Assembly: GCA_963749205.1 (NCBI GenBank)
Contig: CAVVLW010000007.1
Span: 390,794-454,793 of the forward strand
DNA: 64,000 nucleotides
Direction of reading: 5' to 3'
DNA from: an uncultured Thermoplasmata archaeon
GTDB taxonomy: Archaea > Thermoplasmatota > Thermoplasmata > Lutacidiplasmatales > UBA184
Below, in pieces: positions 1 to 8,045 of the stretch. Numbering within the stretch: position 1 is the first letter of the stretch; every line of letters starts with the position of its first letter. The translations under genes and the position numbers were made by a program. Under the pieces are notes generated by a model. That model did no database searches. It worked only from the letters and a program-made list of their open reading frames with translations, and had not been told where the DNA came from.

Positions 1-698
1 ACCTGACCCACCGACGTGCGTGCGATGACCGTGAGTTCCCGGAGCTTGGAGATGGCCGTGATCAGCTCCTCGGTGAGGCCGTCCGCGAAGTACTCGTCCT
101 TCGGGTCGGGACTGATGTTCGCCAAGGGGAGGACCGCGAGGCGAGTCCTCGAGGAGCTCCCGGGCGATGACCCGGGGTCCTCCCAGGGAAGCGACACTCG
201 GTACAGTTCCACCGGGATTCGCACGTTCTTGAGGGTCGTCGGCGCGAGGCGCTCGAACCGGTTCGGGATCTTGTTCCGCACCTGATTGAACACCTCCCCC
301 GAAATGCAGATTCCCCCCGGGGCGGCCAGGGGCTCGAGCCGGGCCGCGATGTTTACGGCGTCGCCGAAGATGTCGCCCCTCCGCTCCTCGACGTCCCCGA
401 GGTGAATGCCGATTCGCAGCCGGATGGGAGTGACGCCCGGCTTGGAGTTGCGGTCGTGCAGGTGCTCGTGGACGTCGATCGCGCAGCGGACGGCATGCAA
501 TGCGCTATCGAACTCGACCAGGAAACCGTCGCCGGTCGCCTTGACCTCGCGGCCCTGGTGCGCCGCGAGGAGCGGGCGAACGAGCTCCTCCTGCTCCCGG
601 AGCAACTTCAGGGCGCCGGTTTCGTCCGTCTGCGTCGCGGCGGTGTAACCGACCATGTCGGTGAACATGATGGCGGCGAGTCGCCGGGTCGCGGCCAC
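1..698 (-). CDS. Class III adenylate/guanylate cyclase domain protein, 3' partial (runs off the window start)
   Basis: Not in the ORF track because there is no stop inside the window. Hand translation of the minus strand from GTG 698 (alt ATG 668) gives ..IMFTDMVGYTAATQ..EVKATGDGFLVEFDSAL..RLRIGIHLGDVEERRGDIFGDAVNIAARLE, the cyclase homology domain motifs. It continues as LAVLPLANISPDPKDEYFADGLTEELI to the edge. Confidence 0.8.
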   Translation of the reverse strand, partial: MAATRRLAAIMFTDMVGYTAATQTDETGALKLLREQEELVRPLLAAHQGREVKATGDGFLVEFDSALHAVRCAIDVHEHLHDRNSKPGVTPIRLRIGIHLGDVEERRGDIFGDAVNIAARLEPLAAPGGICISGEVFNQVRNKIPNRFERLAPTTLKNVRIPVELYRVSLPWEDPGSSPGSSSRTRLAVLPLANISPDPKDEYFADGLTEELITAISKLRELTVIARTSVGQ

Positions 699-763
699 GG
701 GTGGAATATCGCTTCCTTTAGATTAAGCCCCCGACGCCTCCTCCCTAGATGGGGACCGAGTCG

Positions 764-1675
764 TCACCCGTCCTGGGAGCGGCTGAGAGTGGAGGCGTTC
801 GCCGACCCACTTATTTCTGACGCGGCGCGGGGCGACCCACGTCGAGCGGATGGGGGGCCTTCCCAGCATTCGTGCCCGACCCGAAGGCCCGAACGATCGA
901 TTCCCAAGCGGTCGAGCATGCTCTCGCTCGTCTTGGATGCCAGGGGCGGCACGAAGAGGGTCGACACCGGACTCAACGGGGCCTCCAGCAGCTTCCCGAG
1001 CGGAACGACCCGGATCGATGACTCCAGGACGACGTAGGGGGACGCCTCGTAGACGACCACGTCATGTTCGGGTGGATACTGGGAGAGCAGCACATCCCTC
1101 AAAATGGAAAGACCGCGACGGTTGTCGCCGAAACCATCGAGATGAGCCTCGATCCTCCCGACAAGGCCCGCCTGCCAGAGGATCAGCGAGCTCCGGGGAT
1201 CGATCCTCCGTTCGCTCACCAGGAAGTCCGTGGCTTCGTAGCTCTGACAACCGCTCCGGGCGGGATCGATCCCGAGGTCCGCGAAGAGGCAGTCCTCGGC
1301 GGAGATTCCCGGCAGCATGCGAGCCTCGAGGCCCTCGGAACGAGCGATGCGGATCGCTTCGTGGGACGGGTAGACGAAGACCCCCGGATGACCGTAGAAC
1401 ACGGCGCACACGCTCAATCCCTTTCGGACGGGAGAAAGGATCCGCTCGATCATGGCCTCGTACGCGAGGGCGCGGGACTGACCCTCCAGATAGCAATCGG
1501 AGAGGGACTCGGTCGTGGGGTTCAACCGTCGCACCCACTCTTCCGCCGCCGGCTCGGCGACAAGGTAGAGTACCTTGTCCGCCCTCTCGATCTCCACGCG
1601 AGCCTCCCACGTGACGTGACGGACCAACTGTATTCCGATCCCAGCCACCACCAGGCGGACCGGACACGGACGCAC
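764..1675 (-). CDS. Borosin-type peptide alpha-N-methyltransferase (SAM-dependent, tetrapyrrole-methylase fold)
   Basis: 303-aa ORF with GTG start. LVVAGIGIQ...KVLYLVAEP...VCAVFYGHPGVFVYPSHEAIRIARSEGLEARMLPGISAEDCLFADLGIDPARSGCQSYEATDFL matches, from memory, the OphMA/SonM methyltransferase core (VFYGHPGVFVNPSH..RMLPGVSAEDCLFADL..YEASDFL). Confidence 0.85.
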   Translation of the reverse strand: MRPCPVRLVVAGIGIQLVRHVTWEARVEIERADKVLYLVAEPAAEEWVRRLNPTTESLSDCYLEGQSRALAYEAMIERILSPVRKGLSVCAVFYGHPGVFVYPSHEAIRIARSEGLEARMLPGISAEDCLFADLGIDPARSGCQSYEATDFLVSERRIDPRSSLILWQAGLVGRIEAHLDGFGDNRRGLSILRDVLLSQYPPEHDVVVYEASPYVVLESSIRVVPLGKLLEAPLSPVSTLFVPPLASKTSESMLDRLGIDRSGLRVGHECWEGPPSARRGSPRAASEISGSANASTLSRSQDG

Positions 1676-1693
1676 CCATGTGCCCCGGCGGGC

Positions 1694-1912
1694 CTAGCTC
1701 AAGAACTGGAGGATCACGATACCGGGGTGGAACTTCAAGAGGAGCACCTCACGCACGGCCCGAATGTCCCCGGAAGCGATCGCCCGGGCGGCGTCGGGGC
1801 TCACGCCGTGTCGTTTCAGCACTTCCTCCGGGTTCTTCTTGTAGCTCTCGAGGAGGGCCGGGTCTTCCGAGACCTTCAAGAAGAAGTCCCGGAGGGCGGT
1901 GTCGTCGGCCAC
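1694..1912 (-). CDS. Split-borosin-like RiPP precursor peptide (72 aa)
   Basis: Its stop lies 18 nt upstream of the methyltransferase start on the same strand. MADDTALRDFFLKVSEDPALLESYKKNPEEVLKRHGVSPDAARAIASGD resembles the SonA-type helical recognition region. It is followed by a hydrophobic tail, REVLLLKFHPGIVILQFLS. Confidence 0.7.
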   Translation of the reverse strand: MADDTALRDFFLKVSEDPALLESYKKNPEEVLKRHGVSPDAARAIASGDIRAVREVLLLKFHPGIVILQFLS

Positions 1913-1935
1913 GATTTGCGCGAACGGGTCTGGAA

Positions 1936-1944
1936 CCTTAAAGG
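1936..1944 (-). promoter_or_regulatory. TATA-like box (CCTTTAAGG on minus strand) about 28 nt upstream of the precursor ATG
   Basis: An A/T island in otherwise GC-rich spacer. The same roughly 25-30 nt spacing to the start codon recurs at other genes in this window (leaderless-type architecture). Confidence 0.35.
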
Positions 1945-2126
1945 CTCGCTCGATGAGGGCCGGGCACTAAACGACTGTCTGCCCGTAGCCCGCGACACAG
2001 GGGCCAGAACCCTTCCTGGTTGGACGGGGGGCCCCCGCCTCCTCGGGAGCGTGGAGGCTCGCCGGGCTCGTGGGGGGCGTTACGACGGCCGTTGCCTGTC
2101 TTTAGAGGCGGGGAGCGCACGGATGA

Positions 2127-3113
2127 CTAACTCCGCACGGGCTCCGAAGGAGCGGCGATCGGGGATTCCGGCGGAGTCGATGGCTCCCGGGCCGACACCG
2201 CCGTGGCGGACGGTCGCCCGGCGTCCGCTCGGGTGAGAGGAGGGCGGGCCCCGAACCATGTTTTCAGCTGAGCGAGGAGCGGGAACGCCCTCACGGCCAC
2301 GTACATCACGAACACGATGGTGACGATGAAGAAACTGGTGGGCTCGACTTCGTAGAACCCGATGAAGATCCCCGCCCAGGTGGCGAACAGCGCGACCAGC
2401 ACCGAGATGAGCACGGCATAGAGCGGTCGCTTGGCGAGCCGAATGGCGATTGCCGCCGGGGTTACGGTCAAGGCGAAGATGAGCAGGACGCCGATGATCG
2501 TGACCGCGATCGAAATCGCCACCGCCAACGCAAGCATGAAAATGACCCCGAGGGTGAGCGTGTGCATCCCCTTCGCGTCGGCCACCTCTTCGTCCAGAGA
2601 GGCAAACAGGAGCTGCCGGTACACGAACGCCAGGACCGCCAGCACGAGGAGACCGGATTCGAAAGTGAAGACCACCTGGCTGTTACTGATCCCCACGATC
2701 TCCCCAAACAGGATGGAGTACGCTTCGGTGGCGAATCCGTTGTAGAACGACAGAAACAGTAGCCCGAGCCCCAGCATGAACGCGAGAACGGTGCCGATCT
2801 CGACGTCCCGGTGCGAGGCTTTCTGGCCGAGGAGGGCGATTCCGCTACCGGATACGGTGGTGAACAACAGGAGACCATAGATGGGAGCCACACCAAAGAG
2901 CACGGCGCCCGCGGCGCCGGAAAACCCGACGTGGCCGAGCGCGTGGGCCGCGAAGGACGAACGACGCAGCACTACCAGGTAGCTCACGACGCCGGCGAGA
3001 ATTGCGATGATCGTGCCGGCTTCGAACGCATTCCGCACGAACTCAAATTGGAGCATCAGCCGAAGGTCGCCGATGAGGTTCCAGCCCCACCAAACCCAGC
3101 CGATGTTCGTCAC
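2127..3113 (-). CDS. ABC-3 family metal (Zn/Mn) ABC transporter permease
   Basis: 328-aa polytopic ORF. LGHVGFSGAAGAVL, ILFGEIVGIS and LTVTPAAIAIRLAKR are typical of ZnuB/MntB/TroCD permeases. Operonic with the ATPase and binding protein. Confidence 0.9.
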   Translation of the reverse strand: MTNIGWVWWGWNLIGDLRLMLQFEFVRNAFEAGTIIAILAGVVSYLVVLRRSSFAAHALGHVGFSGAAGAVLFGVAPIYGLLLFTTVSGSGIALLGQKASHRDVEIGTVLAFMLGLGLLFLSFYNGFATEAYSILFGEIVGISNSQVVFTFESGLLVLAVLAFVYRQLLFASLDEEVADAKGMHTLTLGVIFMLALAVAISIAVTIIGVLLIFALTVTPAAIAIRLAKRPLYAVLISVLVALFATWAGIFIGFYEVEPTSFFIVTIVFVMYVAVRAFPLLAQLKTWFGARPPLTRADAGRPSATAVSAREPSTPPESPIAAPSEPVRS

Positions 3114-3931
3114 GGCGCCGGGTCCTTGTGGGAATCCTCGCCGCCCACAATCACCAGGTTCCCCCTCGAATCGCGCAGGACCTCCACCCGAACACCGTAG
3201 AGCGCGGTGAGGCTCTCCGTCGTCAGCACCTCAGTCGGCAAGCCCGTGGCGACTCGGCCGTTCGCGAGGTAGATGACCTTGTCCAGATGCTGGATAAGAG
3301 GGTTGATGTCGTGGGCGACGAGCAGGGTCGCCACGTCCCGCGTTCGGACGAGGTTATTGACGAGGTCGACGAGCTCTTTGGCCCTTCGGATATCCAAACT
3401 AGCGAGGGGCTCGTCCAGCAATAGGAGCTGGGGACGGCCCGCGAGAGCCTCGGCCAGGAAGATCCGCTGCAACTCGCCCCCGGACATGGCGCCGAGCGAT
3501 TTCTTCCCCAACTCAGTGGCGCCCACGGCGGCCAGCGCCTCGTCGGTCGCTGCCCGTTCCTCGCGGAACATCCGCGGGGTTAGGTTCGGGATCCACCGAT
3601 TGCCCGAGTACCCAAGACGCACGAGCTGGGACGCCTCAACATTCGTATCGCGGTCCACCACGTGGCTCTGCGGCACGTAACCGATCTTCGAATTTCCACG
3701 TCGGGGGGCGGCGCCGAAAATCTGCAAGTCCCCCCCCGCGGGTGGGACCAATCCCAGCAGCAGGCGGAACAGGGTCGTCTTCCCTGCTCCGTTCGGGCCG
3801 ATGACGGCCACGAACTCCCCTCGGCGTACGCGGAAGTTGGCGTCGCTCCAGATGGTGCGACCCCCATATTCTACCTCCAGGTGGTCCGCTCGTGCGATCT
3901 CCGACTGCACGGTAATCTTCTCTCCTGGCAC
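3110..3931 (-). CDS. Metal ABC transporter ATP-binding protein (ZnuC/MntA-like)
   Basis: Walker A GPNGAGKTT, signature LSGGELQR, Walker B LLLLDEP. 4-nt overlap with the permease. Confidence 0.9.
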   Translation of the reverse strand: MPGEKITVQSEIARADHLEVEYGGRTIWSDANFRVRRGEFVAVIGPNGAGKTTLFRLLLGLVPPAGGDLQIFGAAPRRGNSKIGYVPQSHVVDRDTNVEASQLVRLGYSGNRWIPNLTPRMFREERAATDEALAAVGATELGKKSLGAMSGGELQRIFLAEALAGRPQLLLLDEPLASLDIRRAKELVDLVNNLVRTRDVATLLVAHDINPLIQHLDKVIYLANGRVATGLPTEVLTTESLTALYGVRVEVLRDSRGNLVIVGGEDSHKDPAP

Positions 3932-3950
3932 TCCGCCACCGTGCGGTGGC

Positions 3951-5072
3951 TCAATTCCCGAGCACGTTGGCGTCGAGGTAGACGTAGAGCTCGCTGTATT
4001 CCCCCCCCATCCATTGCTGGAAGGTGTCCGAGGGCGGCACGATCGTCTCGGTTACGCTCATCACGCTCACATTGTTGTCTTGGGCGATCGCCTTCATGTT
4101 CGTCGTGATCGGCGTCACCGTCTGGGCGTTGAAGACCAGCACCCGGACGTGCCCGCTCTCGAGCTGACACTGGAACGTCACCACGCTCTGGTCGGGTGGG
4201 TCGTTCCCTTCGGCGACCGCCTCCATGAACGCCGGCGGGGAGACCAGGTTGAGCCCGGTCGCGTTGGCGAGATAGACGAAGATGCTCTCGGTGGAGGCGA
4301 CCACCGTGCCCGCGAACTGATGCTTGATCGCCGTGACCTCGGAGTAGAGCGAGCCCAGGGAGGCGCTGAGATTGTCGTACTGGCCCTTGAAGTAGCTGGT
4401 AAGCGAAGGCGCGATCGTGGTGAGGTTGTGGTACATCCAGGCCACGGTCTCGTTCACGTAGGTCGGATTGTACCAAAGGTGCGGATTGCCTGTGACGATG
4501 CCCCCCGTTACATAGACGCCCAGCATCTCACCGATGTTCAGGATCGTTTGATTGGTGTCGCCGTCTGCGGCGATGAGGATGGTCGCCCAATCGTCATACC
4601 CGACGTTGTTGAGGATCACGTACTGAGCATTCTTGATCGCTCTGGCATCGGAATCGTTGGACTGATACTCGTGTGGGTCCGTATTCGGGTCAGTGATGAT
4701 GCTCGTGACACTAACGTGCGTCCCCCCCAGCTGGGAGACGAGGCTTCCCCAGAAGTTCTCGGCGGCCACGACGTTGATGACCAACCCCGAGGACGCGGGG
4801 GCACTCCCGACGGCACCCACGCGGCTTGTCCGGTCGGAGGGCGACGCGCCTGGGGGGGGGTCGGGCGAGTAGACCTTGGCCACTGGAGAGAGTGCTCGAC
4901 CCGCATCGCCTCGTGTCGAATCAGACGCGGTGACTCCGCTCGGACCAGTCGGAGTCACCACTCCAATGCATGGCGAGGGTGGCGCACCGAGCACGTAGCC
5001 GACGTACACGCCGGAGCTGACGATCACCACGGCCACTACCACCGCAATCGCGACCTTCACATTCTTCTGCAT
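3951..5072 (-). CDS. Metal ABC transporter substrate-binding protein (ZnuA/TroA family)
   Basis: N-terminal TM/signal (KVAIAVVVAVVIVSSGV). VINVVAAENFWGSLVSQLGG..ITDPNTDPHEYQ..YVILNNVGYDDW is typical of cluster A-I binding proteins. Confidence 0.85.
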   Translation of the reverse strand: MQKNVKVAIAVVVAVVIVSSGVYVGYVLGAPPSPCIGVVTPTGPSGVTASDSTRGDAGRALSPVAKVYSPDPPPGASPSDRTSRVGAVGSAPASSGLVINVVAAENFWGSLVSQLGGTHVSVTSIITDPNTDPHEYQSNDSDARAIKNAQYVILNNVGYDDWATILIAADGDTNQTILNIGEMLGVYVTGGIVTGNPHLWYNPTYVNETVAWMYHNLTTIAPSLTSYFKGQYDNLSASLGSLYSEVTAIKHQFAGTVVASTESIFVYLANATGLNLVSPPAFMEAVAEGNDPPDQSVVTFQCQLESGHVRVLVFNAQTVTPITTNMKAIAQDNNVSVMSVTETIVPPSDTFQQWMGGEYSELYVYLDANVLGN

Positions 5073-5105
5073 TTTGTGTCTCCGTTCCGTTTCAGACCCT
5101 GCTCG

Positions 5106-5537
5106 TTAGCCGCTCGTGTCCGAGGAATGACACGGTGCGATCGGCTGCCCGTGGGGACAAGCTGCGGGGTGCTGCTGCGCTCGGCACACCTCTTCTACCG
5201 TTCGATGTGAGATCGCGAGGTCGATCTCCCGGGCCGCCGCGCACGTCTGCTCGGGCGCGAGGCCGAGGCTGCCGAAGATGGTCTCGGCGACGCGGTGGTG
5301 GCGCTGGTATTCGACCAGAGTGTTGCGCCCCCGGGTCGTGAGCCGAGATTTCCCGCGGTGACGTACGATGAGCCCCATCTCCTCGAGCGGGGTCAGGTAG
5401 CCGAGCGCGGACGGCGGACGAACCTTGAGTGAGGCTGCGGTGAGCTTCAACGAGACGCCTCGGTCGGGAGTCTCTTGGGTACCGACCGTCCGAAGCGCGT
5501 CAATCTGGCGGCGGGTGAGTTGCTGGAGCGGCTCCAT
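5106..5537 (-). CDS. DtxR/MntR-family metal-dependent transcriptional repressor
   Basis: Internal ATG at 5537 of the 224-aa ORF. MEPLQQLTRRQIDALRTV...SALGYLTPLEEMGLIVRHRGKSRLTTRGR..VEYQRHHRVAETIF. ATATATAT box at 5559-5566, about 25 nt upstream. Confidence 0.8.
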   Translation of the reverse strand: MEPLQQLTRRQIDALRTVGTQETPDRGVSLKLTAASLKVRPPSALGYLTPLEEMGLIVRHRGKSRLTTRGRNTLVEYQRHHRVAETIFGSLGLAPEQTCAAAREIDLAISHRTVEEVCRAQQHPAACPHGQPIAPCHSSDTSG

Positions 5538-5797
5538 CGATCTCCCCAACCTCCCGCGATATATATGTGGCACCATAATTATTAGGCATGGCCGAAAGTT
5601 CGAGAGCCAACCAACAAGGTTCTCGTGCGAGGGTGGCGAGTTCCTCGCGGGTACTACACCTCGGCCGTAGCCTCGACGGGACGAGAGCGGCGTCCGCTCA
5701 ATTCCAGGTTCGAACCAAGGACAGGGAGCAAGCCCGATGGGATTTCGAGGGATAAGACCAAAAGGTTGATATGCGCCCAATGCGGATTAATACGTGG

Positions 5798-6568
5798 ATG
5801 ACCAGCTACCGCTGGCGTCGTCGCCGCGGGTCCCGCGGGGTGGCGCCCATCATCGGCACCATCCTCATCTTGGCGATGACCATGGTAGTGTTCACGATTC
5901 TGTTCTCCTTCCGGTTCTATACCCCGCCCGCGCCTCCGAGCGCGACCTTCGCCATCCGCTCGGGTGGGAGCAACCCGGTTTGGGGAGACGGCACGGACAC
6001 TCCCGGGAACGGAGTCTATTCGCTGTTGAACACGACGGCGATCATCGTCGCGAGCGCGTCACCGATCAATATCCCGCTCTCCCAGGTCCAGTTCACTTTC
6101 ATCTGCAATAACGAGAGCTCCGGCGGGAACGAGACGATCCTGGTCCAAGGTAGCCTACAAGACATGAGTTGGTACCCGGGCGTTTCGGGCGTGGCTCCCC
6201 CGAACGCTCCGAAGCTGGGGTGGTGCGCGAGCTTCCACGCGGGCGGTTTTGGCGGCGGAGCCTTCGGCACCGCGTATAACCGGCTGGGGCTGTTCCTCCC
6301 GATCTCGGACGTGAACCTCACCCTGCAGGCAGGAGACACTTTCCTCCTCTACATCCACAACGGAGGGTACCCGATCGGTTACACGGCCGCCGGGGAGCCG
6401 TGCCAAGGCGCCGCGACCTCGTGCCTGGACTCGGACGATTATCACGGCGCGCCGCCCTGGTGCTTCACGAACCCGGGCTCGTGCACGATCTACCTGACCT
6501 ATACCGGGACGCCACAGACCGTGCTCGCCCAAATCCCGGTCTATTCCCTCGCCCCTCCCGTCTCGTGA
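5798..6568 (+). CDS. Archaeal type IV pilin-like protein (class III signal peptide)
   Basis: MTSYRWRRRRGSRG|VAPIIGTILILAMTMVVFTILF is the archaeal pilin/archaellin N-terminal motif (basic stretch, G, then xPxIG plus hydrophobic helix). The rest is Ser/Thr/Gly-rich and looks extracellular. Confidence 0.65.
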   Translation: MTSYRWRRRRGSRGVAPIIGTILILAMTMVVFTILFSFRFYTPPAPPSATFAIRSGGSNPVWGDGTDTPGNGVYSLLNTTAIIVASASPINIPLSQVQFTFICNNESSGGNETILVQGSLQDMSWYPGVSGVAPPNAPKLGWCASFHAGGFGGGAFGTAYNRLGLFLPISDVNLTLQAGDTFLLYIHNGGYPIGYTAAGEPCQGAATSCLDSDDYHGAPPWCFTNPGSCTIYLTYTGTPQTVLAQIPVYSLAPPVS

Positions 6569-6676
6569 GCGCCCCCTCCGGCGTCCTCTCTCGCCCGGGC
6601 GAGGAACGTTCGTGTCGTTGCGTGGGTTCTTTAACACCCGACCGACTGTAATCCTTCGATCGAGGAAGGTAACGCG

Positions 6677-7172
6677 TTGGCGGTCAAGATAAAGCGGCGT
6701 CATCTGTGGACGATCGCGGTCGCGACCGCCGCCACCGTCCTCGTGGTCCTCCTCATACTCATCGCGGCCGGCGCGCTGGTCGTCCCCGGCACTTCCTCCC
6801 CCGCTCCGGTGAGCGTGACCTCGGTGCAGTTCACGATCCTTCAGGGGACGAATGCCAGCGGGAACCCGTGGTTCGGGCCGAGCACGGTCGTCTACACGGG
6901 GCTCGCTAACGGGTACCCGTTCACGGTTTCCCCGGGGGGCGGGTTCTCCGTACCGATCACCTTCGAAAACTACGACAGCAGCCCCCATACCCTCTATTCC
7001 ATCTCGGCGGCAGCGCCCTTCTCCTTCGCCGGGCAGCTCTCCCACTCTGCCCCAAACGCTGAAGGCCTTCCAGGACGACGCGTACCTCATGATCATGGTG
7101 ACGGCGCCCTCGAGCCCCGGTGCCACGCTCGCCCTCTTCATCACGATCAATGCCCTCCCGCCCACGTCGTAA
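6677..7172 (+). CDS. Membrane-anchored hypothetical protein (frame break near 7040)
   Basis: TTG start. N-terminal anchor HLWTIAVATAATVLVVLLILIAAGALVV. The C-terminus continues in another frame (..PTLPQTLKAFQDDAYLMIMVTAPSSPGATLALFITINALPPTS*). Confidence 0.45.
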
Positions 7173-7328
7173 GGCAGCGTTCCGGAATTCTACGGTTCCC
7201 ACTGCCGATGGAGAGGGCGGGCGACAGGGCGCGAGTCCTCCCCACGGAGGATCGTCAGTCCCGGTGAATCCGGGCCGGGACACCGGGGCTATAGGGGTCA
7301 AGGGATTGGCCCGCGGCGAGGTGCGCCG

Positions 7329-7526
7329 ATGGTGCAAAAAGTGACGGAAGTAGTGGGGACGTCGAAGGACGGGTTCGCGCACGCAGCGCAGAACGCGGTG
7401 GAGACGGCGGCGAAGACATTGCGGAACCTTCGGTGGTTCCGAGTAATCGAGCTCGAAGGGGCGATCAAGGACCAGAAGGTCGCCGAGTACCACGCGACCG
7501 TCAAGATCTACTTCGACCTCGACTAG
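7329..7526 (+). CDS. Dodecin family flavin-binding protein
   Basis: 65 aa. KVTEVVGTSKDGFAHAAQNAVETAAKTLRNLRWFRVIELEG..V..YHATVKIYFDL matches the dodecin signature (KTLRNLRWFEV). Confidence 0.85.
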   Translation: MVQKVTEVVGTSKDGFAHAAQNAVETAAKTLRNLRWFRVIELEGAIKDQKVAEYHATVKIYFDLD

Positions 7527-7999
7527 GTCGAGCTGGTCGCGCCCGCGTTCGCCCGCGCCCTCTCGAGGGCCCGACGCACGTGGGGACCCGGCATCAATCC
7601 CTGAACCACTTCCGCCACTCGCCCGTCCGGGCCGACGAAGAACGTGACCCGCTTCGCGATCCCGAGGAAGCCGAGGACCCCGTACTGCTTCGCGATCGTA
7701 CGGTCGTGGTCCGCGACGAGCGGGAACGGGAGACCGCACTTCTCCGAGAAGCTCTTTTGCGCCTCGACCGAGTCGACGCTGACGCCGACAATCGCGACGC
7801 CGGCCCTCTGGAGTTCGGGGTAGTTCTCGGCGAATCCCCGGGCCTCGCTCGTGCAGCCCGCGGTGTTCGCCTTGGGATAGAAGTAGAGGACGACCGGCTG
7901 GCCCCGGTAACTGGCAAAGTCGAGGGGGGTCCCGCTCGCGGTCGTCCCGACGAAGGGCGGTGCGACCTCCCCAGCGGCGATCACGCAACTCCGACCCAA
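7523..7999 (-). CDS. bcp: Thioredoxin-dependent peroxiredoxin (Bcp type)
   Basis: VVLYFYPKANTAGCTSEARGF..GVSVDSVEAQKSFSEKCGLPFPLVADHD. Confidence 0.9.
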   Translation of the reverse strand: MGRSCVIAAGEVAPPFVGTTASGTPLDFASYRGQPVVLYFYPKANTAGCTSEARGFAENYPELQRAGVAIVGVSVDSVEAQKSFSEKCGLPFPLVADHDRTIAKQYGVLGFLGIAKRVTFFVGPDGRVAEVVQGLMPGPHVRRALERARANAGATSST

Positions 8000-8045
8000 C
8001 CCGCCTATTTGAGACCGGTCGTCCGGGTGCTCCCCCGAGCCCGGC

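Noticed and set aside
5568-5600. AT-rich partial palindrome (CCATAATTATTAGGCATGG) upstream of the DtxR-family gene as a possible metal-repressor operator
   Set aside because: The arms are short and imperfect, and it does not match the DtxR/IdeR TTAGG..CCTAA box as I remember it. It may simply be promoter A/T content for the divergent genes.
5707-5716. GGTTCGAACC, reminiscent of a tRNA T-arm, in the dtxR/pilin spacer
   Set aside because: The flanking 5-mers (CCAGG / CAAGG) are not complementary, and no acceptor, D or anticodon arms can be drawn on either strand. GGATTCGAAC at 56218-56227 and GGTTCGATACC near 62686 were likewise rejected (inside coding sequence, no stems).
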